NCBI RefSeq assembly: GCF_964204645.1
Contig: NC_134031.1
Location: 7,812,001-7,876,000 of the forward strand
Length of the DNA: 64,000 nt
Direction of reading: 5' to 3'
Origin: Tubulanus polymorphus
Lineage: Eukaryota > Animalia > Nemertea
This document shows positions 34,727 to 46,980 of this stretch, in pieces; the stretch's first letter is position 1, and every line of letters starts with the position of its first letter. The notes under the pieces were generated by a model. That model did not search any database, had not been told where the DNA came from, and was given only the letters and a program-made list of their open reading frames with translations. A program made the position numbers and the translations under genes.

Positions 34727-37700
34727 ATTTTGATTCCCTTAGCGTAGATGTGCCTCTCATATATCAAAGAATGGTAAAAAACTTTATGAAAGGGACAGAG
34801 TTTGAAATGGGCAGCTATGTACTCAATGTTGGAACTGTGGTATAAGGCCTTGCATGTGCGATCATTTTCTAAATTTACTGTATTGATAAATAAACTAGAA
34901 AGTTTATAAATTTATTTGTAAAGAGGGCCTAATTATTTTAAGGGTATGTTAAGTGCAAGTTAGTATCCACAACATGGATCCCTGGGGAGATGATACATCT
35001 CGGCTACAATTCTCAACACAAGGGAGTCATCTCCCAAGCCAAACTGTTCATGAGAGGAAAGTGGCCAAGGGTCATCATACCCATGGATAGTACAGCCATG
35101 TAATGGGTTTAAACCTGTTGTGACCTAGCATACCAAAATGGAATGCTCTTTCCATTTGCCCACATCAATCCGCGATATTTGTAGAATCGTTTTTATTAAC
35201 AAGGAATAATGTGCTTATAGAGGTTTTGATTAACTAGATTTGAAACGACAACTTATTTGTCAGGCGAGAAAAATTTAATTATGAAATGAAATTCATTTGA
35301 TTAGATATACAGTTTATCATATCTTAGGTATCTGACAGCATGCGCTGAATTATTTCACAAGATTATGAAAGTAACAGGTGAAAATAACATTTTAACAATT
35401 CCTCTCATTAATGGAGTTGGAAGTTTATATCCATCAATGATGTCAGGATGCTTTAGATCTAAATGATGTTAAGCGCAGTAGACTCCACCTGCTGCTGATC
35501 TCACGGTGATCTAAGGCAATTGAAGTTAACTGTTCTCCTTAGTAAGTTACGAATCCATTGATTCACATGCAAGGCCTTTGATTGTCATGAATAACTGTCC
35601 AGCATACTTGTAAAAAGTCATCTTCATGTCATACAAGGATTTTCATCCATGACAGTTTCATTCTCGACGCTATTAATGTTCCGTTTTTGAAATTGTATCA
35701 CATTTTAAACTTATTTTATTTAGTTAAGATGAAGTTGGTTAGTGGATTTATAGGGTCACCATACAGCCAGGCACGAGTTCTGAATTTTATCATAATTTAT
35801 ATTGCATGTACGTACGTGTATGTAAGTTTACATTATACAATTGTTGTAACAGTTTATATGTGTATCTAATTTGCCAGGTACGAGTTGCTCAAAGGTTTTT
35901 TCGATATAACAACATAACATAACATAGGTACATAACGTATCCTCGATATCACAGGCTGGTTCCGTAGTTGTGGGAGAAAATGAAATGTTCGGAGTAGTTT
36001 TGATCAGGCAAGCTATAAAACTGATGCCGTTGCATCTGTATCTTCCTTTTCATCCCCAGCTTGATTCATATTTGCCTTAGCTAAAACTCTGCTTCATTCT
36101 CACATCAATCGTTGGCCAATTTTTGAAAAACTCTCCATAGCGAAATGCTAGAACATTCCATTATTTGGTGCAAATTGAAAGTGTTAGAATTGAAAATCAT
36201 TTGAGCAGCTGGCCCAGTTTGATTGATGATTATGGGATTTTGAATTTGTTGTTAGCATCAATATCTTCATTGAGTCGTTTTCACATACTGCCGGGGACTA
36301 TATTTATATTTTATTTTTATTGAGTACACGTACATCTACATACAAATTATAACTGTTGTATGGTAGGTCATTTTGAAATTTTCATCTTATATAAATTTCT
36401 ATGTTGTTCAATACGATTTTTTAATTCCGGCCATATGAATTATGTGCAAGACAGAAAAGATGGTTGCCCCTTGTTTCGATAATGAATTTTACAGTTTGCT
36501 TTTGAGTTAAGAAATCTGTAAGCTAGCACATGTAGGCCTACATGAGTTAATACACTCTCTCTTAGCATGTAAGTTATATATAATGTCTTCTACATGCATT
36601 CGGATATAAGTACGTGTATATGTACCAGTATTTTTATTGATATTATGGAATTTTTCATATTTTGGTCATGGTCATCGTTATCATCATGACTCATTAAATT
36701 GCATGGACATAGACAATATGAATATGGTTGTTCTAAGAAATCTTTCAGAGAAGATTAAACGGTATATATTACAACGGAACCTTTTTCTAAATGTAGACTA
36801 TGCTACTCTAAAATGTAGTAATTATTGCCAATAATCATGTAAACCCATGAGCTTAAAAGCAACATTCACGCTTGCAGCTTTTCAACCAATTAAATATGCA
36901 CCCAATTTATTTGCCTCGGAGTGATTTCTTCGCCCCTTTTATCCACTGATCACCTTAAGAATATTGAATTTGGGAGCAAATGAATTGGGTTGAAATATCA
37001 ACATGTCAGAGGCGGATTTAGGTGGTGGACTTGGGGGTGCCGACCTGCGTGTTCCCCCTGACATTGCCCTTTTCGTCAGGACCTGCACATTCGATAATCA
37101 TCCTCTTAGATTTGCCATCTTTAAGATGTATGACTTCAAAAATATCCACACTAGTGGCCTTTGCCTCTGGACCACGGCTCTCCAGATTTCCTAGATTCTC
37201 CCCGGCTTGTAAGACCGAGACTAGTAGACTACATGTAACCTGCTGGCAAGAGGATCTAGAGTGAGGCAAACATGATATCCAAAATCATTTTAGCCTCGAT
37301 CATATTTCATTGTAGTAAATTTCCATCAAGAACAGTAGTTATAATGAGGTACCACTGTATTGTATATAAATTCATCGCTTTATATTTTGAACTCATCATT
37401 CAACAACCTTGATATAATCACAGACAGACACATCGAACAATGTCAACTTCGTATACGGTAAAAAATTTGCAGTACGTTAACACTACCAAGTTCAGTGGCG
37501 CTTATTGTTTCTAAAAATGATTGATCATGATAAACCAATTACGATTAAGTGAAAATTGTGAAGAAAATTCTGTTGAAGTGGGCATTACCTTCAGCCATAT
37601 TGTTGAGAACCTTCTTTTGTTATTTTGGTAAAACGTTTTTTATCATGCAAAATAAAATCAACTTCATAATGTATACAGATGAGAAACTACATGTACCAAA

Positions 37701-38910
37701 ATAGCCAAAAAATTATAGACTCCTAAAATCATTTTCCAGAGTTGAACATGGGAGTATGCTTTGCCATCAGTTTTTTTGGAATTACCTCATTGGAAAATTT
37801 GTGAGCAGTTGTACAGAAAACTTTGCTTAATTTAGCTATATTTTGGAAAATATTTGAAGTTTCTTATATTTGCATTAAGAATTTGGGTTAAAAATTCTTT
37901 TAACATCGATTCTAGATCTCATATTCAACTTGTAAGATAGAGATGCTCGAAAAAATACTAACAAATAAGCTTGCATAATTTATATAAAAACGTTTTATCT
38001 CTTTGCATTAGTTTCATATTTAGTTTCTTATGAATATATATTTTAGATTATACATATATCTGTATTGTATTGGTTTTGATTTAATAAAATCTGCACATTT
38101 AAAGTACCGGTATTGAATCTGATCTTGTTTTACGTTCATTTAGATTTAATATTTTTATTTGGGCTCATCCACCTCTTTCAACACACATGAAAAATCTTAG
38201 GCTAAACAAAAATCATACCTTGTTACCACAGCAGCCAGGTCATTTTTGATACATGTATAATAAAAATTTTTTCAGTTCATTTCTAAAGCTGCCTGGTCTC
38301 TTGTGGTAAAATTGATCACAATTTAAAATAAATTGCCCATGGGCAAAGTGTGGTTTACCTTGAAAGCTAGAGGTTGTTGTTTGGAGTAAGGGCATTGCTT
38401 GAAAAATCTTTTTAATTCGTGACTTCTAAGTTCCACAAGTTTATATTGTATTTTATCTTTCTTAAAGATTTATTTTGTACTCAAATAACCAAAGATATAC
38501 ATTTGTTTATGGTCCACGTCCAAAATTTCGAAAATTGAGGTGTTAGCAAAGTTGTCTGAGCATGGCTGCACCATTTCCAGAATCAAATTGTTAAATCCAA
38601 TGTAATAAAATGTTTTTATGATGTTCATCTCAGTGCTGACACCACGATTTGATTAAAAAGAAAAAATATTTACGAGAAAGGAGAGTTTGGTAGTCGGTCG
38701 GCCACATATAAATTCTTGAAAAAAAGTTATTTCACCCAAAATTTTGAAAAAGGGTTGGTAGGCAATTATATTTTATTCTGAAAATGATTATTCTAAACGA
38801 CAGAATATTGGGTCGGTCGGGCCCGAGAAACACGGTTTTCTTTTGATGTGGCCTAAAACTTGAATTTTTCAACTCCCCTCCCCCATGTACGCTAAATTGA
38901 ACATTTTTTC

Positions 38911-39060
38911 AAATAATAATAATAATATGCGTCTTATATAGCGCTAAATCCAGCCAGGCTGGTCAGAGTGCTTAACATTTTCGGTATCATTACACCGGCC
39001 AATTTTTATACTGTAACATGTATCAGTCATCTCTCCCTGGGAAGCCACACCGCATGCGCA
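38911..39060 (-). mobile_element. SINE 3' remnant
   Basis: The minus strand ends in gcgctatataa...(TTA)n, a tail typical of L2-partnered SINEs. Confidence 0.45.
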
Positions 39061-39469
39061 CGTTACAGTTCCTTCCTGCATGCGTTATAAACGAAAGACC
39101 CCCTATTTTTATTTCAGTCAATACACAATTACAGCTATATCACGACTCAAGTTGTAGATAGTCTCTTGTGCACACCCCAAAAATTTGCCAATTTGTAGGC
39201 TAGTCTGCAGTGACAATTTCCGCCCTTGACCTCTACGTATTCGCGATATCCTCATGTGGTAAAGTCTGAGCTTGGGACATGGACTGATTTCACAATACAT
39301 GTACTCTCAAATACAATACACTCTGCTGAAGTCGAACTTTTTTGTGCTGTAAAAATGCGTCCAACTTGCGTGACAAACAAATATTTCACATTGGGGCCAT
39401 TCATTAATTACGTACGCATTAGGGGAGAGGTCGGTGCAATTGCGTACTGTAATGCTTAATGTATATAAA

Positions 39470-40130
39470 CTAGGGGTCGAGGGACACCATGCCCACTTGG
39501 GAAATGCTTTGAAATGCTCAAAAATCGGACAATTTCAATATTCAAATACAAATACATGTATGTGAAAGATCAAGATAATTGATGGAAGCGCCTTCAAAAT
39601 TTCCCTTGGAACCTCCAATAAAGTACCATGGGCCCAGTAAGATCAACTGAGTACATTTTAGTTTTGAGCACAACTAGGGGTCCAGGGACACCATGCCCAC
39701 TTGGGAAGTGGTTTCAAATGCTCAATTTCAATATTCAACGCCCCCTGGTGACCATATTCAAAACCAAATAACCTTGTAATGTCATGAACTTCAACTTTGC
39801 AATGCAATTGATCATGGTAACAAAATATGCCTAGCTACCAAAAGGTATGACCATTGTCGAAACAAAATATGCTTCAAATATATACGAAAGATCAAGGCGT
39901 CTTCAAAATTTCCCTCAAAAAACCAGCTGATTTTGGCGAACAACAATGGCTGCCAGTCGGCCACCTTGATTCAGACAGGGCCAGTTCTTAAACTGAAGAT
40001 GTGTCTAGGGGAGATTCATGTATAAACCAAATATCAAGACATTACCTTACAGCGTCTTCAAAACTTCCCGGACGGACGAAAAGTGAACGCAATAGCCCAC
40101 TGGGACTTAAGTCCCAAGTGGGCTAAAAAA
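39470..40130 (-). mobile_element. HINE-like elements: complete copy 39674-40130 plus partial copy 39470-39640
   Basis: Both ends present: 5' TT-agcccacttgggacttaagtccc palindrome, and 3' subTIR tcccaagtgggc + small hairpin + CTAG-TT. Confidence 0.8.
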
Positions 40131-40350
40131 AATGGCTGATTTGAGGGTTGAAAAATTCAAATTTTATGCGTACGTAATGAATTAATGATCCCATCTGAGT
40201 TGATAGGAACCAACTTGATCGAAGTCTTCAGTAGAGGTGTTTAAACCAAATTCTGAGTTGATATTTAAAATGATATCATAAAACAACAGAAAATTATCAC
40301 ATGCTCCTTCAATAAAGAATTTATTTTATAATTCTTTATATAAATCGTAT

Positions 40351-43300
40351 TTAGTCATCGGCTTCATCCTCATCTTCCTCTTCATTATTGATCTGGAAGT
40401 ATCTAAGCTCGTAAGATTCTTTATCGTTAGCGACAACTCGTAACCAATCTCTCAAGTTATTCTTCTTCAAATATTTCTTTGTCAAATATTTGAGGTATCT
40501 GAAATATCCGAAAAGCAAATGTATGATTAGGAGGCGAAAATACATTCGACTTGGGGAAGGGGGGGGGGAATCATGTGATGTTATCTAAAATTGAGCAAAC
40601 CTATTCGCTCGAACCAGCACAAAAATCTGCCCCTGAATTTGAGTTTACTGAACCAACTAAAATAGCAGAGTATACAAACCAGGAAGGGCAGTCATGATCT
40701 GACATATTATCTATATACATTGTAAGTGTAAGATCACGGTATTTAGTTTTAGTCTAGTTTCCGTACTTAAAAAACAAGATCAAGTTGTTCTAGACAAATA
40801 CGTCTACGGGTACGCATACCATTAGCGGCATCCAGAAAGTTGAGTTCATCTCACATGATTCAAAACTTGATCACGGATTGGCTAAATTTTATGTGGTTTG
40901 CAGCTAGCAAACACAAGATATCGAGCAATTTTTCGCATGCGACAGATTACACGTGAACTCGCTTGCAACACACTATGCAATAAACTTTGAACACACACTG
41001 TGTGTCTGCTGCTTACTGCACGAGCCTGCTGAGCTAATACTTCCAATCATAATTACCTCTTCGAGAATGGAACCTCACAATTGACGATGATCTTCGACTT
41101 ATTGCGTTCCAGCGTGACGTGGCCATTCAGGTTGTTCGTCTTCCCGGTGACCTTGATTCTCTCGTGAAGGTACTTCTCCTGTCAGCGGGTAATTAAAACG
41201 ACGGTACAAGTGTGAAGTTAGGGAAGATGACCCTAACTCAGCAGACATTTAGGGAAGAGAACCCTAATCAACGTCAAGTCTTAGAATCAGTGTGAAACAA
41301 AAAATGAGATGGCTAACTTTAAAATTCAGATTCAAATTAGGAGGTTTATAACATTTCTGAGCGTGGACATTTTGCGACGCTCTTTCATAGAACATCATTT
41401 TATCTAGATTCATGAAGTAAAAATACTAAATGTATCAAGCTCAGGGATAATCTGAGGATTAGGTTAAAAGCTATCTTGAACCATATAATACAATAGACTA
41501 CTTCTTACTCCGATAATGTGTTAATCAAATTCAAATATCCACTTCCTCATAAAATGCTCTCAGAAAAATATTTCAGTCACATAATTGTTCAGACAAGGTG
41601 AACAGAAAAATATACATCATCACTGAACATAAATTGCGTGTAATATTGTAAATACATCCATATATTATACTTACATAGTTAGCAGCATCCATGATACCAT
41701 CTTCAACTGGAAGGGTACAGTCAATCGTAAATTTCAGGGAAATCTTCTTTTTCTTGCCGCTGGACTTGTGACCCGCTCTCTTGATAGATTTCTACACAAA
41801 TATAAGTAATGGATGAATTTATTTTACCTGATTTAATTTACCCTATTGTAAACCAATAGGCTTGGAAGGTTAGCATTAGAAAATTATCTAAAAGACAGCG
41901 ACTTTCTGGATTTTCCAGTATCTATTCTAAGAGAAAATTCATTTCAGTTATCAACACAGTCCTAACATTTGTTTCGTCATAACCTCTAATCATTAAGAAT
42001 TTATTTCAAGCTGTTTCTCACGACAGAAAGTTCAATTTGATTATACTGGTTTTTTCCTCGACAATTAATCATTCCAGTCAATTACAGACACTGATTTGTA
42101 TTCATATGAATATTATCTAGATTTGTTCAAACCTCTAAGATTGTGCAGATTACTTTTATTAGTTCTTGAGTAATTATTTCTGTGACACTTATGTGTTAAC
42201 TAGGGGTCCAGGGACACCATGCCCATTTGGGCAGTGGTTTCAAATGCTCAACAATCTTAATATTTCAATATTCACCCCCCTGGTGACCGTATACAAAAAC
42301 CAATGACTTTGAACCTCACCACAATCATAGAACATGCCATCAACTACAACTTTGCAATTGATTGTGGTAACAAAATATGCATAGGTATAAATATATAAAA
42401 TACTTAGTTATTGTACCATTCAACGCCCCCTGGTTGGCCATATAAACAAAAACTTTCCCACCTATGAATCAGTACTGGTGACACCAAGACAGTCCTCCTT
42501 ATTACCAAGATGACGTATTTTACCCAGATGAACCAAGATGACATGAAATATAACATATTTATTTATTACTTATCGATTTTAACACTTGAAATCATATTAT
42601 ATCAGTAATAAATGCCTGCTGGAGTAATACTTTACATATTTTGTCGGATATTATTGTAGAAAAATTAATTTTAACTTTACTGAGTTGAGATCGTCGATCA
42701 ATCAAATTCAATGATATATTATTGCTAACCAAGATTACGTATTTGAAGTCAAATTTTTTTTGTGCAAAATATCCGGAAAACTATGTAAATTTTTTCTTTA
42801 CAAAATATCCGGAAAAACATGTAAAATATGACTCTAGAAGGTATTTATTACTGATATAACATGATTTTAAGTGTTAAAATTGATAAGGAATAAATAAATA
42901 TGCTACATTTCATGTCATCTCCGTTGATCTCGGTAAATTACGTCATCTAGGTAATAAGGAGGACCCCACCAAAATGGCCACCAATTGTATCATAATTGGC
43001 CGACAGGTTAAAACATCCCTTTCCAAAGCATACCCATTGAAAAGACAAACAAAGGGGTCATAAAAACTTTTCCACTGCCCTGGTTTGTATATATAGCCAA
43101 ATATCCATCTATCTATATAGTAAGGCATCGCGACAGCCTGACAATGATCCTTAAATGCCAATTGCTTATCGGAACTTAAAAGCGGATAGATGAATAATAT
43201 CAACTAAGGTATTTCTGTGATATTTTTATTTGCAGTTCAAATTTTGCGCCGTTCTCGCAAGATTATCAACAACCCGGAAATAAAATCCAAGCAACCACGA

Positions 43301-43890
43301 CATAGAAAACTCGATCCAAGCCCATCGCCAAACCCATGTGGTGTAGGCAACGTTAAAAGTGGTAATTTTGCATAATTTTCAGGCAAAACCTGTAAGACAC
43401 ATTTTTCCAGGGATATTGTTTGAATGATTCATACCTAATGGAGGTCTTTGCAAATGCCATGTTTTCTCGACCATTTGGCCGAGACTGGCAGCATTGACTA
43501 TCATAGCATCTATCATACTTTGTGATAGGCCTACATAAGTGATTAATGAAATATTTCCGTCTTAAATCTGATCTACCAATTCTTAAGACAGAGGTCTATG
43601 AGCCTACGCCAATGATACAGGGATAATTGAAATCATAGCGTAGATGATTAACGATTATTATTTCAGAGCAGAGGGACTCATAGAATGGTCGAGTTAAGTG
43701 TTGTAAATCGTATGAATAGTTTAACGGCTAAAAGTAGTCATTATAAAATCAGAAGCCACTCGATACGCCTTGCAGTTATCATTAAAGGATTCTTCAAATG
43801 TGGAGTTCAATCTAATAATCATGACGGTAATTTCTTAAGGGGTACGAATCTAAAATCTGCCACAGACAAAATACTTACAGCTTTCACCAT
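40351..43890 (-). CDS. RPL22: 60S ribosomal protein L22 (eL22), 132 aa. Exons: 43879-43890, 41675-41791, 41057-41178, 40351-40498
   Basis: Spliced protein MVKA|[39 protein letters not shown]|[17 protein letters not shown]...PFSKR|[23 protein letters not shown]...YELRYFQI plus acidic tail; GT-AG junctions; AATAAA at 40320-40325. Confidence 0.97.
41554..41630 (-). ncRNA. Intronic box C/D snoRNA in RPL22 intron 2, predicted 28S rRNA 2'-O-methylation guide
   Basis: Box C GTGATGA (41617-41623), D' CTGA (41589-41592), D CTGA (41560-41563), 6-bp terminal stem atgttc/gagcat, and a 12-nt guide CTGTTCACCTTG complementary to the conserved LSU sequence CAAGGUGAACAG. Confidence 0.8.
42493..42963. mobile_element. 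Long-TIR MITE inserted in a HINE-like copy (42200-42990)
   Basis: Imperfect inverted arms of about 150 bp, tcctccttattacc... / ...ggtaataaggagga. Confidence 0.75.
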
Positions 43891-43904
43891 GGTGGCTGAT
43901 ATTT

Positions 43905-43970
43905 CGTGAAGGGAAGTGAAATTATTAGAGACTTCCGGTATCCCCAAACCACGATGAATATGACGTCACG
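43905..43970 (-). promoter_or_regulatory. RPL22 promoter: polypyrimidine (TCT/5'TOP-like) start, ETS and CRE motifs
   Basis: CTTCCCTTC on the minus strand at 43908-43916, about 20 nt upstream of the ATG; ACTTCCGG at 43931-43938; TGACGTCA at 43961-43968. Confidence 0.6.
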
Positions 43971-44352
43971 GTACGGGGGTTTACAAATTGCAATTTTGCT
44001 TGTATTCATCATTCATTATCTTTCTACATCCCTCTTCTGTCAATGTTATTATGAGATTTGAAAACGAGAAAATTAACATGAAAGCGTCCTCATAATGATT
44101 TCTTGATTATCCTTGGAATGCTGCTCTGCTTTCTATAGATGGCAGCACGGTACGATCTCGTGAAGTGATTAGCGCGAAGTTTTGGCACAGATCTTTTGGT
44201 GAAAGCGTGAAATAGAAAATAGATACACCGAGAAGTTGTCACTCTCCTCACATTCGACTTTTGGCGAGTAAGAAAGTATACCTATACATCTAGTAGAGGT
44301 AGGTATGGATTTTTCCATTCGGTGATTGATTTATTTCAAAGTGGCTATTCGT

Positions 44353-45819
44353 CAGTCAGGAACACTTTCCAAAAACGGCTTATTCTGCCAATTTCGGCGT
44401 TTTCCGCCAATAACGGCAGAATCAGCCGTTTATGGATCACTCAGTTTTGAAACTTTTACAGTCGTTTATGGCTTAATCAGCCAGTTTCAGCTCACTAAGT
44501 TTCGAGTTATGCTTTAAAGTTTTTTGCGCACTTCCGGTCAAATTAGCGCATGTTGCCGATTACGTCATAATCTCGAGCAGATGATAAGCTTTCATATGAC
44601 GCTAGGATGGAAATTTTTGAGCTAGGTAAAGTGGTCAAATTCACGTTTTTCTAAATGATTACGTCATATGCAGCCCAAAAACTCCGGGAAAACTCTCAAA
44701 ACTACTACAGCATGAAACAAGTTTATTAATCATGATTTTTGTTAAAAATAAATTTGGGAACTAGTTTTAAAAACTATTATAAAGTTTTCAATTAAATGTT
44801 GCCATGGGTACACATAAAAACATTCGCCATTTCTGGCGTATTCCGCCGTTTTGGCTTTATAATCATAAACTATTAAGCCATTATTGGCAGTCCACTTGTT
44901 ATATATGAGGATTCCCCCACCCGCTTAGACGTTTTCCCTAGTGTCTATAGGGTACTTTTTTTCGGAATAAAATAATTAATTTGCTGAGGTGAACGGATGT
45001 GTAGATATTATATGTTAAAAATAAAAATAAAATTATTATTATAATTATCATTCTCATAAGACAAATCAATCATGGATGTATAAACTAGTGTATCAAAAAT
45101 CTAGTTTTAAGTTTTGCCCATGGTCTTATCTTGCCTAATAAAGCATAGAATGGTTGAGGGATATATTGGACTGCATATGATGTTGGTTAATTGAAGGTAA
45201 TTAACATCTTCGATGCCTCCCAGCTAATTGGACTTGTGATGGGTAGTGATTGAATGAATTGGTGGCCGATGACGTTACAACACTCAAAATCAAAACAGCT
45301 GTATCTAGATTCATTTCAAAATAAAACAAACATTTTCGAGACAATTTGGGATACATGTATGTATATATTTATTACATAGAATATAGGTATAAAGAAAGAA
45401 CAGAATTCAAATACATTTGCCATCGGAAACCCGTACATTTATATTTAATTCTTTCTTGAAGCCTGGAATGGATCAATGAGATTAATTTTTCGGCGCAAAT
45501 ATACAAATGAATGCCAGCAGAAAAGCGATGATGTCATGATAGGGACTCCCATCGAACTAAGCACTATAAATAGCACCTGTAAAACTATCTAAGCTAAAAC
45601 GCCGTTTCTGGCGATGTAGTTTTAAAAACTGTAACAGCTGAAAACGGCGGAAATGGCGTTTTTTAAGAACAAGCCAAAAATGGCAGAAAACGCCGATTTC
45701 GGCTAAATTGGCAGAAGCAGTTTAAAACTGAGTAATCCATAAATGGCTGATTCCGCCGTTATTGGCGGAAAACGCCGAAATTGGCAGAATAAGCCGTTTT
45801 TGGAAAGTGTTCCTGGCTG
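44353..45819. mobile_element. Non-autonomous DNA transposon, ~100-bp TIRs, CAG termini, 5-bp TSD
   Basis: cagtcaggaacactttccaaaaacggc / gccgtttttggaaagtgttcctggctg; TSD ttcgt at 44348-44352 and 45820-45824. Confidence 0.85.
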
Positions 45820-46751
45820 TTCGTACGGACCCGTACGGATTACTCCGGAAGCTAGTCGTACGGACCTATTCAATTTCAATTTATTCATGTTTATTCATCA
45901 TAAATCAAGAGTACGATTGTGAATGAAGAAAGAAACAAAACAAATTCCGTATTATTTGTATGGTATATGCTATTCGTATGGACTACTCCGAAAGTTATTC
46001 GTCGTAGACATAGAACTATTCAGAACAACGTGACGTAGAACAGACAGCATTAATAACAATATAATTGTAGATTGAGAGTCATCAATAAATCTAATAACCA
46101 TAAGTCAGATATTCATTATGCATTGTCTTTTCTTTATTCCGTTTTCAACGATTACTGTAAGATACAAAATAAGGAATACTAAATTTCAGGCATTTAAACC
46201 AGCAGGTGCTGCCACCTTTACTCACATGCCAGAGTAAGCTCACAGAAAATCATGATTTATGCCAATTTATAAGGCATAATAATAGAATTACAAATTTGCA
46301 CATTAATAATACATCTCTAAGGCAATTGATAAGTCGAATGACAAAATGTAATATGCTTAATTCTCTCTAGAAATAATGCACCGAAACTTCACAACAATCC
46401 AAAATTGAACATGGCGCCGGGCGGAAGTTAAATCGCGTCCACGAGGAAACAATTAAAACCATTATTATGCACTTTATAGAGTAAATAGCACTTACACAAA
46501 TAACTAAAACTATGCATTGACAATTAAACTAAAATAATAAAAAGCTTACCGAAACATTTGACCTTCTTAAGGAACTAAAATTGACTTCAACTACAGAACT
46601 GTTTCAGACTTGTTACATCATTGCGCATGCACAAGTATCTCTCGGTCATGCTAATAACCGACAAAAAACGTCTAAACTCCAGAACAACAGAGCGGGCGGG
46701 ATTTGACCGTAACAATAATACACATGAATTACATTATTTTCAGTTATTCTA

Positions 46752-46980
46752 ATTCTATTCTGACAGACCTGGCAATGTAAATAGAATATCCGTACGGATA
46801 ACACATTATTCTATTCTGACGGACCTCGATCGCTACACAAATAGAATGTCCGTATGGATAACACATAATTCTATTCTGACGGACCTCGCTACGTAAAGAA
46901 AATGTCCGTACGGATAACACATAATTCTATTCTGACGGACCTCGATCGCTACATAAATAGAATGTCCGTACAGATAACAC
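46752..46980. repeat. Tandem repeat, 4 x 56-60 bp
   Basis: Units start at 46752, 46808, 46868 and 46924 (attctattctgacggacctcg...aatagaatgtccgtacggataacac). Confidence 0.9.

Noticed and set aside
41943-41995. Second C/D snoRNA in RPL22 intron 1 (and another near 41325-41400)
   Set aside because: Imperfect C boxes, too short or no terminal stem, and no convincing rRNA complement.
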